Shown: positions 44,054 to 45,404 of the stretch, piece by piece
How the letters are laid out: every line of letters starts with the position of its first letter
How positions within the stretch are numbered: position 1 is the stretch's first letter
From: Chloroflexota bacterium
GTDB taxonomy: Bacteria; Chloroflexota; Anaerolineae; 4572-78
Direction of reading: 5' to 3'
Length of the DNA stretch: 45,404 nt
Assembly: GCA_024278015.1 (NCBI GenBank)
Contig: JAJRUC010000320.1
Location: 1 to 45,404, forward strand
Program-made: the position numbers and the translations under genes
The notes under the pieces: generated by a model
Databases searched by the model: none
What the model saw: the letters and a program-made list of their open reading frames with translations, nothing else
What the model was told of the DNA's origin: nothing

Positions 44054-44545
44054 ATGGACGAAAATCCGCTTTTTACGCTGGGCTTTTTATCGCTGTTTCA
44101 CATCATCGGCGGCATTGCCCTGGGCAGCGCTATCAGAGGCATTTGGCGCAATGTGCGCAGCCGGGGCGAAGGCGCGTGGATGCCCTCTATCTTTTTTGTG
44201 GTGTGGGGCAGTATGTTCGGCTGTATGCCCTTTGCCTTCGGCTTCGACCCAACCTTGCCGGCCTGGTTTTTGCCGGCGCAATTGCTGATTTGGGGCGCGC
44301 CCTTTATTTTGGCAACTTTCTTTGGCCGCGCTGTGCTGGATTGGGCCGGCCCGCTGTTTAATATCGGCACGGGGCTTATTGTCTTCGGCGGCATTTTCAT
44401 GATTGCCGGTTTGTTGGGCGGCTACATGATTTTTAGCGACGGCGAGCTTTTTCAGGCGATGCTGCTGGGCGGCATCTTTGGGGTGATTGGCCTGAGCATC
44501 TTTATTCTGGGTTTGGCGAATCTGTTTAAAAACGCGCGGTCTTGA
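44054..44545 (+). CDS. hypothetical integral membrane protein
   Basis: 163 aa with 4-5 hydrophobic segments. No recognisable motif. Confidence 0.6.
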   Translation: MDENPLFTLGFLSLFHIIGGIALGSAIRGIWRNVRSRGEGAWMPSIFFVVWGSMFGCMPFAFGFDPTLPAWFLPAQLLIWGAPFILATFFGRAVLDWAGPLFNIGTGLIVFGGIFMIAGLLGGYMIFSDGELFQAMLLGGIFGVIGLSIFILGLANLFKNARS

Positions 44546-44595
44546 CAGACGGTTATTTGACCGGATTCGATTTTGATGGCAAAAGGAGGATCACC

Positions 44596-45404
44596 ATGCA
44601 TAATAAATGGCCGGCGGTCCTTTTACTGATTGTTTTGAGCGTAACCGCGTGTGGTATTTCTCGGCAGGTTTCATCAACGTTGTCCGATGCGTCGGATTTG
44701 ACGGGTAATTCCGGCGGGCTTGAATCGGCGGTGCTGGGCGATGCTCACACCCGTCCCGTGCCGGTGGGCAAAAAACTGGTCATCACCTCTGCCCACTCTG
44801 ATACCGACGGCATCCGCGACGTGAAATTTTATGTCGACGGGATTTTGATTGACGACGAATCGCCCCGTTTTTCGCAAACATTTATGCGGGTTGAAAACGA
44901 GTGGACCCCCCCCGAAGCCAAAACGTACACCCTCAAAATCGAAGCCCACAGCGTTAATCTCAAAACGCCGCCGACGGTGATTATTTTGAACATTACGGCG
45001 GTGGACTCTGCCGTATCCGCTGCAACGCCCGCCCAGGCGCAAACGCAGCCCACGCCCACGTCAACCATCATTGCTTGCTCAAATACGAATGACCTGGTCA
45101 GCGACGTGACCATCCCCGACGGCAGCGCCATTCAGCCCGGCGCGACATTCCAAAAAACGTGGCGCGTAAAAAATACCGGCACCTGCAACTGGAGCGAAAG
45201 CTACACCTTCCGGCCGGTGAGCGGCCCCGCCCTGGGCGCGTCAACCGTCAACACTCCGTTTGTGCGTAGCGGCGACGAGGTTGATTTGAGCCTTGCTATG
45301 ACCGCCCCCTCCGCAGCGGGAGAGTATCGCAGTTACTGGCAGCTCTTCGATGCCAAAGGTCGGGCCTTCGGCAAGCAATTTTATGTCGATTTTGTCGTGC
45401 CGCA
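44596..45404 (+). CDS. lipoprotein with Ig-like and NBR1-like (N_BRCA1_IG-type) domains; 3' end outside the window
   Basis: Absent from the ORF track because it has no stop in the window. AAAGGAGGA RBS and lipobox LSVTACG. My translation is open to the window end. DVTIPDGSAIQPGATFQKTWRVKNTGTCNWSESY matches the NBR1-like domain signature. Confidence 0.7.
   Translation, partial: MHNKWPAVLLLIVLSVTACGISRQVSSTLSDASDLTGNSGGLESAVLGDAHTRPVPVGKKLVITSAHSDTDGIRDVKFYVDGILIDDESPRFSQTFMRVENEWTPPEAKTYTLKIEAHSVNLKTPPTVIILNITAVDSAVSAATPAQAQTQPTPTSTIIACSNTNDLVSDVTIPDGSAIQPGATFQKTWRVKNTGTCNWSESYTFRPVSGPALGASTVNTPFVRSGDEVDLSLAMTAPSAAGEYRSYWQLFDAKGRAFGKQFYVDFVVP

Noticed and set aside
1-45404. tRNA, rRNA, tmRNA, integrase, transposase, toxin-antitoxin or defence-system genes
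   Set aside because: I scanned intergenic regions and ORF translations by eye and found no T-loop/acceptor-like tRNA structures, no rRNA-like stretches and no recognisable nuclease, RT, ATPase-defence or integrase motifs. The absence is by-eye only and could be confirmed with tRNAscan-SE, Infernal, DefenseFinder or PADLOC.

Overview
The window is 45.4 kb of GC-rich (roughly 55-60%) bacterial chromosome that is densely coding. It has AGGAGG-type ribosome-binding sites (RBS) and sigma70-like promoters. Gene content and repeat style suggest a Chloroflexota-like organism, but this is unconfirmed. No rRNA, tRNA, CRISPR array, transposase or phage genes were seen. Gene content by position: (i) 1-10.6 kb holds housekeeping and metabolic genes (formiminotransferase, YbaK-type deacylase, map, yjjX, CoA-transferase, thiolase, aminotransferase) plus three translationally coupled antiporter-like membrane proteins. 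(ii) 10.7-16.6 kb is a Liv-type amino-acid ABC transporter. (iii) 17.8-29.0 kb is the most interesting part. An ArsR-family regulator is followed by a membrane-anchored triheme cytochrome c, two YeeE/YedE sulfur/selenium-transport half-proteins, a Tat-exported PsrABC-like molybdopterin oxidoreductase and a diheme cytochrome c. This set converges on a cytochrome b / roughly 9-heme cytochrome c / Rieske / TorD-chaperone operon. (iv) 29-35 kb is a kinase / PHP / EamA / GDPD / URO-D-like cluster. (v) 35-41.6 kb is a LacI-controlled sugar ABC operon. (vi) 42-45.4 kb holds a receiver protein, adenosine deaminase, a Dabb protein and an NBR1-like lipoprotein. The sharpest sequence-level signal is an in-frame TGA at the conserved Cys position of the second YeeE/YedE protein, followed by a SECIS-like hairpin, which makes it a candidate selenoprotein. 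The second signal is a modular family of C-tract/G-tract nested-palindrome intergenic repeats with at least 7 copies. Three of these look like MITEs with terminal inverted repeats and AT-rich flanking direct repeats. All functional calls come from reading motifs by eye; no database search was run.
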